Source of the DNA: Thermoplasmata archaeon
GTDB lineage: Archaea > Thermoplasmatota > Thermoplasmata > UBA10834
Length of the DNA: 64,000 bases
NCBI GenBank assembly: GCA_041559015.1
Contig: JBFFED010000005.1
Span: 2,577 to 66,576, forward strand
Direction: 5' to 3'
A model generated the notes under the pieces. That model was not told the origin of the DNA. It worked only from the letters and a program-made list of their open reading frames with translations, and did not search any database. Below, in pieces: positions 51,775 to 60,998 of the stretch. Every line of letters begins with the position of its first letter. Position 1 is the first letter of the stretch. The position numbers were made by a program, and so were the translations under genes.

Positions 51775-52337
51775 CAACCCACCCCCCACTTGACGCTGGA
51801 CTTGGTCGACATCGTCGTTGAGGAGACCGTCGTCGCGTCCCTCAGACAGAGGCCGAGGGCCTTGAATGTCGCCTCGATTATGTGGTGCTCGTCCTTGCCA
51901 CGGACCACAACGGTGTGCACAGTGGCCCTGAGCTCCATCGCGAACGAGCGCATGAAGTGCTCGTACATCTGGTCGGGGAGCTCGAGGTGCACGTACGGCC
52001 TGTCGATGAGGTCTACAGTCACCTGCACGAGTGCCTCGTCCATGGGGACAGTCTGACTGGATATCCTCTTGACGGGCGTGTCGCCGATGGCCTCCCTGTA
52101 CGCCCTTCCCAGGGTGATTGCGACGTCCTCGACGAGGTGGTGCTCGATGTCTCCTCTGGCAGAGATCTCGAGATCGACCCCCGAGTACTTTGCGAGCGTT
52201 TCTACCATGTGCCTCAGGAACTCGTCCGGGATTCCGCACTTCGAGCAGCCGCTGCCGTCGAGCGCCAATCTTGCGCTTATCGTGGTCTCCTTCGTCTCCC
52301 GGGATATCGACGCTGTCCGCTCCTCCCTCTGGCTCAT
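51774..52337 (-). CDS. hisB: Imidazoleglycerol-phosphate dehydratase (monofunctional)
   Basis: 187 aa. [33 protein letters not shown]. No fused phosphatase domain. Confidence 0.92.
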   Translation of the reverse strand: MSQREERTASISRETKETTISARLALDGSGCSKCGIPDEFLRHMVETLAKYSGVDLEISARGDIEHHLVEDVAITLGRAYREAIGDTPVKRISSQTVPMDEALVQVTVDLIDRPYVHLELPDQMYEHFMRSFAMELRATVHTVVVRGKDEHHIIEATFKALGLCLRDATTVSSTTMSTKSSVKWGVG

Positions 52338-53044
52338 GTGAAAGACCTCACTGCCTTTCTGAAATCTATCCTTCCGGTGTAAACCGCCATGCCGAGAACC
52401 GCGGAGTGGGCGCCCATGCGCCTGAGGGTGTCCAGATCGATAGTGTCGGTGATGCCCCCGGAGACTATGACAGGTTTGCGTGTCGCCTTGATCAACGCCC
52501 GGATGGGCTGCGGGTCTATGCCCTCCAGGCGGCCCTCGACCCCCACGTTCGTGTACAGGAAACCGAATATTGGCATGGTCTCGAGGTCCTTCGCGACTGT
52601 GATGATGTTCCTGCCTGAGCCTTCCTGCCAGCCTTTGATTAGCACCTCGTCGGCGACCGAGTCTATCGCCACCACTATTCCATCAGGGTACTCATTCGCG
52701 ATCTCCTCCACGAACTGTCTGTCCTGTATGGCCCTCGTTCCGACGATAACACGCTCGCAGCCCATACTGAACAGTCTCTGGACCTTTTCGGTCGAGCGGA
52801 CTCCTCCCCCTACCTGGACGGGGATCGAGACGGAGGCTGCCACCATCTCCACGAGCTGCTCGTTGTTGCCTGTCCCGAAGGCGGAATCCAGGTCGATCAT
52901 GTGTATGATCTCCGCCCCTTCGTCCTGCCATCTTCGGGCGACCCCCATGACATCGTCGATGACGACCTTCTCGGTCCCGGGCTTTCCTCCAACAAGCTGG
53001 ACGCATCTGCCCCCTTTGACGTCTATCGCAGGTATGATCTTCAC
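52334..53044 (-). CDS. hisA: ProFAR isomerase
   Basis: 236 aa. [17 protein letters not shown]..., [16 protein letters not shown]. Confidence 0.92.
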   Translation of the reverse strand: MKIIPAIDVKGGRCVQLVGGKPGTEKVVIDDVMGVARRWQDEGAEIIHMIDLDSAFGTGNNEQLVEMVAASVSIPVQVGGGVRSTEKVQRLFSMGCERVIVGTRAIQDRQFVEEIANEYPDGIVVAIDSVADEVLIKGWQEGSGRNIITVAKDLETMPIFGFLYTNVGVEGRLEGIDPQPIRALIKATRKPVIVSGGITDTIDLDTLRRMGAHSAVLGMAVYTGRIDFRKAVRSFT

Positions 53045-53640
53045 TTCAACCCCTCCGCTATCCTGATGAAATTCGCAAGCAACCTCAGCCCAAGGGGACC
53101 GCTCTTCTCCGGGTGGAACTGCACGCCGCAGAGCGCCCCCTTCCTCACGGCAGAGGGAAAGCTTTCCCCATACTCGGTCTTTGCGACTCCGACCGCCTCA
53201 TCCGGATGACATACATACGAATTCGCGAAGTAGAACTGCGTGCGTCCGGGGACGCCGTCGAACAGGGGATCCTCAAGGGGAACGACGTCGTTCCAGCCCA
53301 TCTGGGGTATCCTTTCGGCCCTCAGCCTCCTAACCTCGCCTCTCAGCACGGCCACTCCTTCACCAGGGGACTCCTCGCTGCGCTCGAACAGTATCTGCAT
53401 GCCCAGGCAGACCCCTAGCGTGGGCGTCCCGTCGTCTATCCGTCTCCTGAGCGCCGGAAGAATCGGCCTGAGGGTCTCCATCGCAGCGCCGAACGCCCCG
53501 ACGCCCGGGAAGACGATGCTCTCGGACTCCAGCAGCATCGCGGGGTCGGAGACTATCTCGACCCTCGCGCCCGCGCGCTCCAGCCCCTTCGCTATGCTGT
53601 GAAGGTTCCCGACGCCGTAGTCCATGATGGACACTCTCAC
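53041..53640 (-). CDS. hisH: Imidazole glycerol phosphate synthase glutaminase subunit
   Basis: GTG 53640 (GTGA overlap with the hisC stop) gives MRVSIMDYGVGNLHS. Also GVCLGMQ (catalytic Cys) and QFHPEKS. The longer track ORF overlaps hisC and is rejected. Confidence 0.9.
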   Translation of the reverse strand: MRVSIMDYGVGNLHSIAKGLERAGARVEIVSDPAMLLESESIVFPGVGAFGAAMETLRPILPALRRRIDDGTPTLGVCLGMQILFERSEESPGEGVAVLRGEVRRLRAERIPQMGWNDVVPLEDPLFDGVPGRTQFYFANSYVCHPDEAVGVAKTEYGESFPSAVRKGALCGVQFHPEKSGPLGLRLLANFIRIAEGLK

Positions 53641-54701
53641 CGAGAACCACCGCCTACAAGTGGTTCCAGCTTCTGAAGCAGGGTCTCCAGCATCGGCCTG
53701 GGGGCCATCGTTATCCTCACGTGGTCCTCCAGGAGCGGATAGGCATTGCAGTCCCTGATGGCCACGCCCTCTCCCCTCAGCGCGGCGACCAGAGCCGGAC
53801 TCGGCACGGGCGCCTCGCACAGCAGAAAATTGCAGTCGGACGGGTACACCTTGAAGCCGAGCGATTCCAGCCTGGGACGGAGGTACGCCATCTCAGATCT
53901 CACCTTCAGAGTCACCTCCCGCATCCAGTCCTTGCTGTCTAGCGCCCTCACGGCCACAGCCTCGGCGAACGAGTTGAGCCCAAATGGAGTGCGCACGCTC
54001 CTGAGCTCGTCGATTACCTCCTTCCTTGATATCGCGTATCCTATCCTCAGGCCCGCGAGACCATACGCCTTGGAGAAAGTGCGCACATCAATCGCGTGAG
54101 GGGCAGCCATGACGTCGGCCAACATATCGGATCCGCAGAACTCCGCATACGCTTCGTCGAGCATGACAATCCCGGCGGACTCATCCAAGACCATCTTGAT
54201 ATCCTGTGGCCTGAACAGCGAAGCGGTCGGATTGTTCGGCTGACAGAGTGCGGTCAGCTTCGCGCGCTCCTCTGTCAACTGGACAGGGTCAAGGGAGAAG
54301 TCCTCCCCCAGCCGCTTCTCGCGTATCCTTGCGAGGTGAAGCCGAGCGTAGAACTTGTACATGCTGAATGTCGGGGCGGGGGAGCAGAAGACATCTCCTG
54401 GGTTGATGAAGCACTTGGAGGCTATGTCGAGTATCTCGTCCGACCCATTCCCGACTATGACTTCGTCAGCGGAGACGTCGAACTCCGACCCTATGCGCTC
54501 CCTGAGCGCATCGGAGTTCTCGCTGGGATATGCCCACAGCCTCGCGAAATCGAACGAACTGGCCACCTCATCCACTGCAGGGTTAACCCCGAACAGGTTG
54601 GCGTTGTCGTTCAGCAGCAACATGTCCTTGTTTGAGAGGGAGTAGGAGGGGCGGGTCAAAGCCTCCAGGGTGCGTCGCCTGAGCTCGTTGACAGACGTCA
54701 T
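53637..54701 (-). CDS. hisC: Histidinol-phosphate aminotransferase
   Basis: 354 aa, class II aminotransferase. NANLFGVNP, NPNNPT, RTFSKAYGLAGLRIGY (PLP Lys). Confidence 0.9.
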   Translation of the reverse strand: MTSVNELRRRTLEALTRPSYSLSNKDMLLLNDNANLFGVNPAVDEVASSFDFARLWAYPSENSDALRERIGSEFDVSADEVIVGNGSDEILDIASKCFINPGDVFCSPAPTFSMYKFYARLHLARIREKRLGEDFSLDPVQLTEERAKLTALCQPNNPTASLFRPQDIKMVLDESAGIVMLDEAYAEFCGSDMLADVMAAPHAIDVRTFSKAYGLAGLRIGYAISRKEVIDELRSVRTPFGLNSFAEAVAVRALDSKDWMREVTLKVRSEMAYLRPRLESLGFKVYPSDCNFLLCEAPVPSPALVAALRGEGVAIRDCNAYPLLEDHVRITMAPRPMLETLLQKLEPLVGGGSR

Positions 54702-55984
54702 CGACGCACCTTCCTCGCGCGCAGCTTGGCCGCGGCCGCATGAGCGGGCAGCCCCTCGGCGGATGCGATGGAGTCCACCACGCCCGCTAGCCGGGAGACG
54801 CCCTCCCTGCTGATGCTCTGATACGGGATGATCTTGAGGAAGTCATAGACCGAAAGCGAGGACTTCATCGAGGCCGTGCCCTTGGTCGGGAGCACGTGGT
54901 TTGTCCCCGAGCAGTAATCCCCGAAGGCGACCGAGGAATAGCCGCCCAGGAACACTGACCCTGCGCTTCGGACTGATGATAGCAGTCGCGCTGGCCTCTT
55001 GACATCTATAAGCAGGTGTTCAGGGGCGAACTCGTTGGAGAACTCGATCGCCTCGTCCAGGGATTCCACGAGCACGAACACTGCCCCCTTGACGGACGCC
55101 TCTGACGCAATGTCCTTCCTCTCTGAACTCTTGAGCATCCTCCTGAGCTCTGCCCTAACCTGCTCGAGGAACGTCTCGGAGGTCGTGACGAGGACTGAGC
55201 GGGCGTAAGGGTCGTGTTCGAGCTGCGCGACCATATCAGATGCGATCATCTCGGGGTCGCCACTGCCGTCCGAGATCACCAGCACTTCTGACGGACCTGC
55301 GAGGAAATCTATCTCGCAGTCGTTCCTGACTATGAGCTTCGCCGCGGCCACATATGCCCCCCCTGGGCCCACTATCTTCTGCACGCGTGGTATGGACTCT
55401 GTGCCATAGGCGAGCGCGCTGATAGCCTGAGGCCCTCCCACCGGGTGGACCTCCTCCACCCCGCACATCTCGGCTGCGGCAAGGATAGCGTCGGGGACCC
55501 TTCCTTTCTTGCCGGGCGTGCAGAGGGCGATCTCATCCACGCCCGCGATACGGGCGGGGATGCAGCACATGAAGACCGATGACACGTAGTCAGCGGTCCC
55601 GCCAGGCACGTATACGCCCACGCGCTCCAGGGGGACTATCCGCTGCCCGAACTCGCCACATTCATCCCCGTATGAGAACGGCTCTAACCTCTGACGCTTG
55701 TGGAACGCCTCTATCCTCCTCTTGCTGACCTTCATGGACCTGATCAGCTCCCTAGGAACCCGGCCCCTGGCCGCCTTCAGGCGCGACGGCGGGACGGTCA
55801 GAGGCATGCCCCCGAATGAATCGAACTTCTTGGCGAACCGCCGCACCGCGGAGTCGCCATACAGTCTTACGTCGTCGACCACCAGCTTCGCGAGGCTCAT
55901 GGCCCGCTCCATGTCCACGCCCTCCCTGGTCATGACAGACCTCTTCTGCGAGGGTGTCATCTTCCCGAGCTCGTATGTGCGCAT
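54698..55984 (-). CDS. hisD: Histidinol dehydrogenase
   Basis: 428 aa from ATG 55984, which lies 1 nt after the hisG stop. GVYVPGG, IVGPGGAYVAAAK, QLEHDP, HVLPT. The longer track ORF overlaps hisG. Confidence 0.92.
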   Translation of the reverse strand: MRTYELGKMTPSQKRSVMTREGVDMERAMSLAKLVVDDVRLYGDSAVRRFAKKFDSFGGMPLTVPPSRLKAARGRVPRELIRSMKVSKRRIEAFHKRQRLEPFSYGDECGEFGQRIVPLERVGVYVPGGTADYVSSVFMCCIPARIAGVDEIALCTPGKKGRVPDAILAAAEMCGVEEVHPVGGPQAISALAYGTESIPRVQKIVGPGGAYVAAAKLIVRNDCEIDFLAGPSEVLVISDGSGDPEMIASDMVAQLEHDPYARSVLVTTSETFLEQVRAELRRMLKSSERKDIASEASVKGAVFVLVESLDEAIEFSNEFAPEHLLIDVKRPARLLSSVRSAGSVFLGGYSSVAFGDYCSGTNHVLPTKGTASMKSSLSVYDFLKIIPYQSISREGVSRLAGVVDSIASAEGLPAHAAAAKLRARKVRR

Positions 55985-55985
55985 G

Positions 55986-56852
55986 TCAGAGGACCATCCT
56001 GTCAATGGGAAGTATGAGTATGCCGGCCGCGCCAATCCTCTTCAGCATAGTGATCACGCCGTTGACCTCGTCCTCGTTCGTCACGGCGTGTATCGCCACC
56101 ATGTCCTCCCGGCCGATTATGTTCATCACGGTCGGTCCTGAAACGCCCGGTAGGAGCTTCTCGAGGTTCGAGAGGGCGTCCTTGGGGACGTTGGCCATGA
56201 TGTATCGCTTCCTGGAGGCATTCATCACGCTCTGGATGGCGCTCGTGACCTCCTCTATCCTTGCCTTCTTCTCCTCGAGGGCCTTCGGGTTCGCTATCAG
56301 CACCGCGGTCGATTCGAGGATGACGCCTATCTCCTTCAGGTGGTTCAGTTTGAGGGTGGAGCCCGTCTCTGTCAGGTCGGTGATGACATCGGCGAGCCCC
56401 ACCTGGGGGGCGACCTCCGTGGCCCCTGAGACCTCCGCGATGGCGACGGACTTACCCATGTCTTCGAAGAACGCCTTCGTGAGGTTGGGGAAACATGTCG
56501 CAACCGTGCAGCCGTCCTTAACACCCTGTAGATCGGACATCGGCGATTCATCAGGCACGGCGACCACCAACCTGCACCTGCCGAAGTCGAGCGGCATCAG
56601 GTTCTCCACCATGCATCCCGTCTCCTTCACGAGGTCGAGCCCGGTTATGCCAAGGTCGGCTGCCCCCATCTCCACGAACTCAGGTATGTCCTGCGCCCTT
56701 GCGAGTAGGACCTGATACCTGCCCTTACCGAACTCCGCGAGCAGGGTCCGGTTGCTGGCATCCGGGACCGGGAACCCTATCTTGTTCATGAGTCTGATCG
56801 CGCTCTGGTTCAGCCTGCCCTTGTTGGGCAGGGCTATCCTTACCATCATCAT
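55986..56852 (-). CDS. hisG: ATP phosphoribosyltransferase, long form
   Basis: 288 aa. RIALPNKGRL, DLGITGLD, TGSTLK, plus a C-terminal regulatory domain. Confidence 0.9.
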   Translation of the reverse strand: MMMVRIALPNKGRLNQSAIRLMNKIGFPVPDASNRTLLAEFGKGRYQVLLARAQDIPEFVEMGAADLGITGLDLVKETGCMVENLMPLDFGRCRLVVAVPDESPMSDLQGVKDGCTVATCFPNLTKAFFEDMGKSVAIAEVSGATEVAPQVGLADVITDLTETGSTLKLNHLKEIGVILESTAVLIANPKALEEKKARIEEVTSAIQSVMNASRKRYIMANVPKDALSNLEKLLPGVSGPTVMNIIGREDMVAIHAVTNEDEVNGVITMLKRIGAAGILILPIDRMVL

Positions 56853-57253
56853 CTAGACACCTCCGGACCGAACCCAGGACAGGGTCCTGGCACGGGCATG
56901 GCCACGCCTGGCTCGGTACTCTCGAAAAACTCCTCTTCGGCGCACTGGCTGGGACGGGTCGAATCACCCGTGAAGGCAATCAAACACGACTTCAGTCCAT
57001 GCCATGTCCTTGCGCCTCGAGCATCCGCGTGAAGAACTGAACCGTATATATTGATTCCGGTCGAGGCGGGACGCGCACTGGCCATCCTTGTACACAGCGA
57101 CGACTCGCTCCCGATACCCCGCACCCGAGCACCGTCCGCACGGGTCATCAGAATCACTCATGATAACGACCTCGGAGGATTCTTTAGAGCGCGTGCTCGT
57201 TCCGTTGCACGGGACATGGTCGGAAATGGCCTTTCGCAGACAAGCTGGTTAAA

Positions 57254-58579
57254 ATGACCACTGACACTCTCAGGACCGAGCACAGAGGAAGCGACCTGAG
57301 GAGCACTGCTTTAGAGAGCATACTGGAGGTCACATCCGACATCCTGTACGTGACAGATGTCGACGCACTCCTGAACAAGATAGCCAAGACCGTCTCGGAG
57401 ACCTTCGGCCTCAAGTGCGTGTCCATAGGCATCCAGGACGGGGAGACCGGGGACTTCTGCGTCAGGGCATCGCATGGATACTCCTCAGAGGTAGAGGGCA
57501 GGATCCTCAAGATCAGGTACTCCGAGGAGAGGATGACCAAGGATCTCAGGCCGGAGTTCAAGGTCGGGAGGAACGTGTTCTATGTCCCCGGCGAGAGCTA
57601 CCAGATAGATACTGACGACGAGATGCTCTTCGTCGTGCACCCCGAACGCATAGACCGCCCAAGGCGGTTCCCCAACGAATGGCACGAACTGGATTTCATC
57701 GACTTCATGATGCACAGGCGAGACGGCAGCCTCCTGGGCTACCTGGAGATCGACGAGCCAGACGATCACAGGGTGCCGGACGACGAGAAGCTGCGGGCAA
57801 TCGAGATATTCTCCGACCTGGCCGCGATAGCCATACAGAACGCCGAGCTGTACCAGCAGCTGGACACGGACAGGCGCAAGATAGAGCTGCTCTTGGACCT
57901 CATCGGCCACGATGTCAACAACTACGCCCAGGCCGTAAGCGGGTTCATAGAGCTGGCTATGCAGAGGAAGAACGTGCCTGAGCCATCGAGGAAGAGCCTC
58001 GCGAAGGCCCTTGACCAGGTCTGGAACCTCAACAAGCTGGTCACCAATGTGAAGCTCTTCGGTAAGATTGAGTCCGCGAACGGCAACGAGGTACGGCCGA
58101 TGGATCTCGTTTGTGTGATCCGGGACGCTCTCGCAGCGGCCGAGTCGAACTACCCTAGCCGCACGGTGAGGATCGCGGTGGAGGACGACGGTGAACACAA
58201 GCTGTGCCTGGTGGACAACCTGGCCAAGGAGATATTCGTCAACCTGTTCTCCAACGCCATCAAGTTCGACCCCAACGAGGTAGTCGACATAGAGGTGACG
58301 ATGGACCGGTCGCGTACGGAGACAAGGGAGTACTGGTGCGTGTCCGTCGCGGACCACGGCCCTGGGATAGATGACTCGCTCAAGGAATGGGTCTTCGAGC
58401 GGTTCGCGCAGGCCGGAACCTCTGGCGCGAAGGGCAGCAGCGGACTCGGACTGCACATCGCCAGGAAGCTGGTCAGCGCCTACAAGGGCAGGATATGGGT
58501 CGAGGACAGGGTCCCGGGAGACAGGACCAGAGGCAGCGTGTTCAAAGTGATGCTGCCCAAGGCTCCAGAGCCCGCCTAG
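57254..58579 (+). CDS. Sensor histidine kinase with an N-terminal GAF-like domain
   Basis: 441 aa. H-box LLLDLIGHDVNNY. N, G1 and G2 boxes (NLFSNAIKF, VADHGPGI, GSSGLGLHIA). Confidence 0.85.
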   Translation: MTTDTLRTEHRGSDLRSTALESILEVTSDILYVTDVDALLNKIAKTVSETFGLKCVSIGIQDGETGDFCVRASHGYSSEVEGRILKIRYSEERMTKDLRPEFKVGRNVFYVPGESYQIDTDDEMLFVVHPERIDRPRRFPNEWHELDFIDFMMHRRDGSLLGYLEIDEPDDHRVPDDEKLRAIEIFSDLAAIAIQNAELYQQLDTDRRKIELLLDLIGHDVNNYAQAVSGFIELAMQRKNVPEPSRKSLAKALDQVWNLNKLVTNVKLFGKIESANGNEVRPMDLVCVIRDALAAAESNYPSRTVRIAVEDDGEHKLCLVDNLAKEIFVNLFSNAIKFDPNEVVDIEVTMDRSRTETREYWCVSVADHGPGIDDSLKEWVFERFAQAGTSGAKGSSGLGLHIARKLVSAYKGRIWVEDRVPGDRTRGSVFKVMLPKAPEPA

Positions 58580-58746
58580 GATGCGGGGTAGACAACTCCG
58601 AGGATCAGGACCAGCGCTGAGGCAGCTATGCACATAGCGACCACGAACCACGGGTTTATCTTGAGGGCCTTGTCATCCTCAGAGTCGAAGTACCGTATAA
58701 GACCGGCCGCGGAATGGAAACCCTCGCCCTTCTTGTTCTTAGCCAT
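58576..58746 (-). CDS. secG: Preprotein translocase subunit Sec61beta
   Basis: Own translation (56 aa, below the ORF-track cut-off): MAKNKKGEGFHSAAGLIRYFDSEDDKALKINPWFVVAMCIAASALVLILGVVYPAS. It has the SAAGLIRYF...KI.P motif and a single C-terminal TM helix, as in archaeal Sec61beta. Confidence 0.8.
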   Translation of the reverse strand: MAKNKKGEGFHSAAGLIRYFDSEDDKALKINPWFVVAMCIAASALVLILGVVYPAS

Positions 58747-58776
58747 AGGTCCCGAAAGGACCTATTGAGGGATTCC

Positions 58777-58785
58777 ATATTTAAA
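58777..58785 (-). promoter_or_regulatory. TATA box for the Sec61beta gene
   Basis: TTTAAATAT on the minus strand, centred ~35 nt upstream of the ATG. The short leader contains the palindrome AGGTCC-N5-GGACCT (58747-58763). Confidence 0.45.
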
Positions 58786-58973
58786 CGTTTAGAGGGTCTG
58801 GCGCGCCCTCCAGAAGGCCGGATTCGCCCGTGAGTCCGTGGTGAAAACCATTTTATAACGTGCAAGATAATCAACAGTTCCCAGCCTGGCTCCCCCGGCG
58901 CATGGCCCATGGAGCATGTTCTGGGCACAAAAGTCGGTCCGCGGACGCGCTCTGACCTCAGGAGGTAGTTAAG

Positions 58974-59354
58974 ATAGCCACGGTCTTCCTAGTCGATGAT
59001 GAGAAGTTCATCGTCGACCTCTACAGGGACATCCTCGAGGCCAATGGGCACGTGGTCATCGGCGTCGCTTCGGACGGCGATGAGGCCGTCCGGAAATACC
59101 GCGAGATGAAGGAGAAGCCCGTCATAATCATCATGGACCAGCGCATGCCCGTCAAGGACGGCGTGAGCGCGACACAGGAGATCCTGAAGATGGACCCCGA
59201 GGCGACGATATTCTTCGGAAGCGCGGACCTCCACATCGAGAAGGAGGCCATCGCTGCGGGGGCCAAGGGATTCTTGCTCAAACCTTTCAGGATCGAGGAG
59301 CTCCTCGAAGCCATCGAAGAGACAATCGCTGGAAAGGTCAAGGCCAAGTGCTAG
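58974..59354 (+). CDS. Single-domain response regulator (CheY-like receiver)
   Basis: The frame encodes ...KIATVFLVDDEKFIVDLYRDILEANGHVVIGVASDG...IIIMDQRMPVKDG...LLKPF. The track ORF starts at GTG 59052, which would remove beta1 and the DD acidic pocket. The start is therefore uncertain, with ATA 58974 after AGGAGGT the best candidate (see findings). Confidence 0.65.
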   Translation: MATVFLVDDEKFIVDLYRDILEANGHVVIGVASDGDEAVRKYREMKEKPVIIIMDQRMPVKDGVSATQEILKMDPEATIFFGSADLHIEKEAIAAGAKGFLLKPFRIEELLEAIEETIAGKVKAKC

Positions 59355-59503
59355 CGAGGCCGGCGTCTCTCTGCGGGCTTCGACTGATTTCATGTAGGTG
59401 AGTAGTGTGAACGATAGGGAGTGCGAAGGATGTGACGGCATCGGCCTACTTTTAAGTACGCAGGCCGGAATGCAGAGAGCGGCGCCCTTGGAGGGGTGAA
59501 GCG

Positions 59504-60988
59504 ATGCCTGAAGATGCGAGCGACCTGAGGGCCCTTAGAAGGGCGAAGCTGGAAGATCTCAAGGCCAAGGGTCTCAACCCGTACGAGAAGTACAAGTACG
59601 TCAGGACACACGACTCTTCCGGGATAAAGAAGGACTTCGAGGGTGTCGGCGCGGACAGGAGCGAGAGGAAGGTCTCCACCGCGGGCCGGATAATGGGCAT
59701 GCGGATACACGGCAAGGCGGGGTTCGCCGACCTCCAGGACAGAGGGGGGCGGGTCCAGGTCTACTTCAAGCTCGACGAACTCGGCAAGGAGAGGTTCGAC
59801 CTGTTCAAGTCACTGGACAAGGGCGACATGGCCGGGGTCACAGGGAGAGTGTTCAGGACCAAGATGGGCGAGATAACGGTGGCTGTGGAGGGCTTCGAGA
59901 TACTCACCAAGGCGCTCGAGCCGTATCCCGACCAATTCCACGGGCTCCAGGACGTCCAGACGAGGTACCGGAAGAGATACCTCGACCTCATCATGAACCA
60001 GGACGTCAGAGAGCGGTTCGTCAAGAGGAGCAGGATGGTCGCCTTCATGCGCGACTGGCTCAACGAGAAGGGGTACCTCGAGGTCGAGACCCCCATACTG
60101 CAACCGCTCTACGGAGGCGCGCTGGCGAGACCGTTCGTGACTCACCACAACTTCCTGGACATGGACCTCTACCTGAGGATAGCGCCGGAGCTGTACCACA
60201 AGAGGTGCATAGTCGGCGACCTCGAGAAGGTGTACGAGATAGGCCACAACTTCAGGAACGAAGACATCGACGCTCAGCACTATCCGGAGTACACCTCGCT
60301 GGAGCTCTACGAGGCCTATGCGGACTACAACGACATAATGGACCTGACGGAGTCCCTGCTGTACGATACCGCGATGAAGATCTGCGGCACCGACAAGATA
60401 CCGTATGGCGAGAAGACGATTGACTTCGCGAGGCCCTGGCTCAGGATTACCATGCTCGATGCGATAAAGAAGCTCACTGGCCTGGACTTCGGCTCGTTCA
60501 AGACCGTGGATGACGCCAGGGACGCCGCGATACAGATAGGCACCAGGGACGTCGAGGGCTGCGACACCATGGGAGAGGTCATGGCCGAGATCTTCGACCA
60601 GAAGGCGCAGCCGAGCCTTGTCAATCCGACATTCGTCATCGACCACCCGATAGAGGTCTCCCCACTCGCGAAACGGAAGAGGGGGGACCCGCAGCTGGTG
60701 GAGAGGTTCGAGCTGTTCATCAACGGCTGGGAGTTCGCCAACGCCTTCTCGGAACTCAACGACCCGAAGGAGCAGGAGCAGAGGTTCAGGGACCAGGAGC
60801 GGTACAGGGACGAGGGGGACGACGAGGCGCACCCGATAGACATGGACTACGTGAACGCGCTCGAGTACGGGCTCCCGCCGACAGGCGGCCTCGGCATAGG
60901 CATCGACCGGTTCGCCATGATCCTCACGAATGCCCCCTCGATCAAGGAGGTCATCCTCTTCCCGCACATGAAGCCCGAGCAGGTCTAG
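59504..60988 (+). CDS. lysS: Lysyl-tRNA synthetase, class II
   Basis: 494 aa. OB-fold N-domain (GRIMGMRIHGKAGFADLQD), class II motifs (YEIGHNFRNE, motif 2 region, GGLGIGIDRFAMIL motif 3). Confidence 0.93.
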   Translation: MPEDASDLRALRRAKLEDLKAKGLNPYEKYKYVRTHDSSGIKKDFEGVGADRSERKVSTAGRIMGMRIHGKAGFADLQDRGGRVQVYFKLDELGKERFDLFKSLDKGDMAGVTGRVFRTKMGEITVAVEGFEILTKALEPYPDQFHGLQDVQTRYRKRYLDLIMNQDVRERFVKRSRMVAFMRDWLNEKGYLEVETPILQPLYGGALARPFVTHHNFLDMDLYLRIAPELYHKRCIVGDLEKVYEIGHNFRNEDIDAQHYPEYTSLELYEAYADYNDIMDLTESLLYDTAMKICGTDKIPYGEKTIDFARPWLRITMLDAIKKLTGLDFGSFKTVDDARDAAIQIGTRDVEGCDTMGEVMAEIFDQKAQPSLVNPTFVIDHPIEVSPLAKRKRGDPQLVERFELFINGWEFANAFSELNDPKEQEQRFRDQERYRDEGDDEAHPIDMDYVNALEYGLPPTGGLGIGIDRFAMILTNAPSIKEVILFPHMKPEQV

Positions 60989-60998
60989 AGGTCGTAGG

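Noticed and set aside
51775-52239. Upstream extension of hisF (the 411-aa track ORF). The same pattern occurs for hisH (53641..53820), hisD (55985..56035), mvhD (17576..17914), mvhG (32437..32520), hypB (9183..9233) and hypD (12668..12733).
   Set aside because: The extensions overlap the preceding well-supported gene and have biased composition. The internal starts reproduce canonical N-termini and the 1-4-nt overlap pattern used throughout the operons.
56964-57161. 65-aa Cys-containing ORF (MSDSDDPCGRCSGAGY...) in the 400-bp spacer between hisG and the histidine kinase, considered as a small zinc-finger protein or his leader peptide.
   Set aside because: It has only one CxxC pair, Arg/Ser-rich composition, no His run or attenuator-like structure, and no SD or TATA in the right place. 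It cannot be supported from sequence alone.
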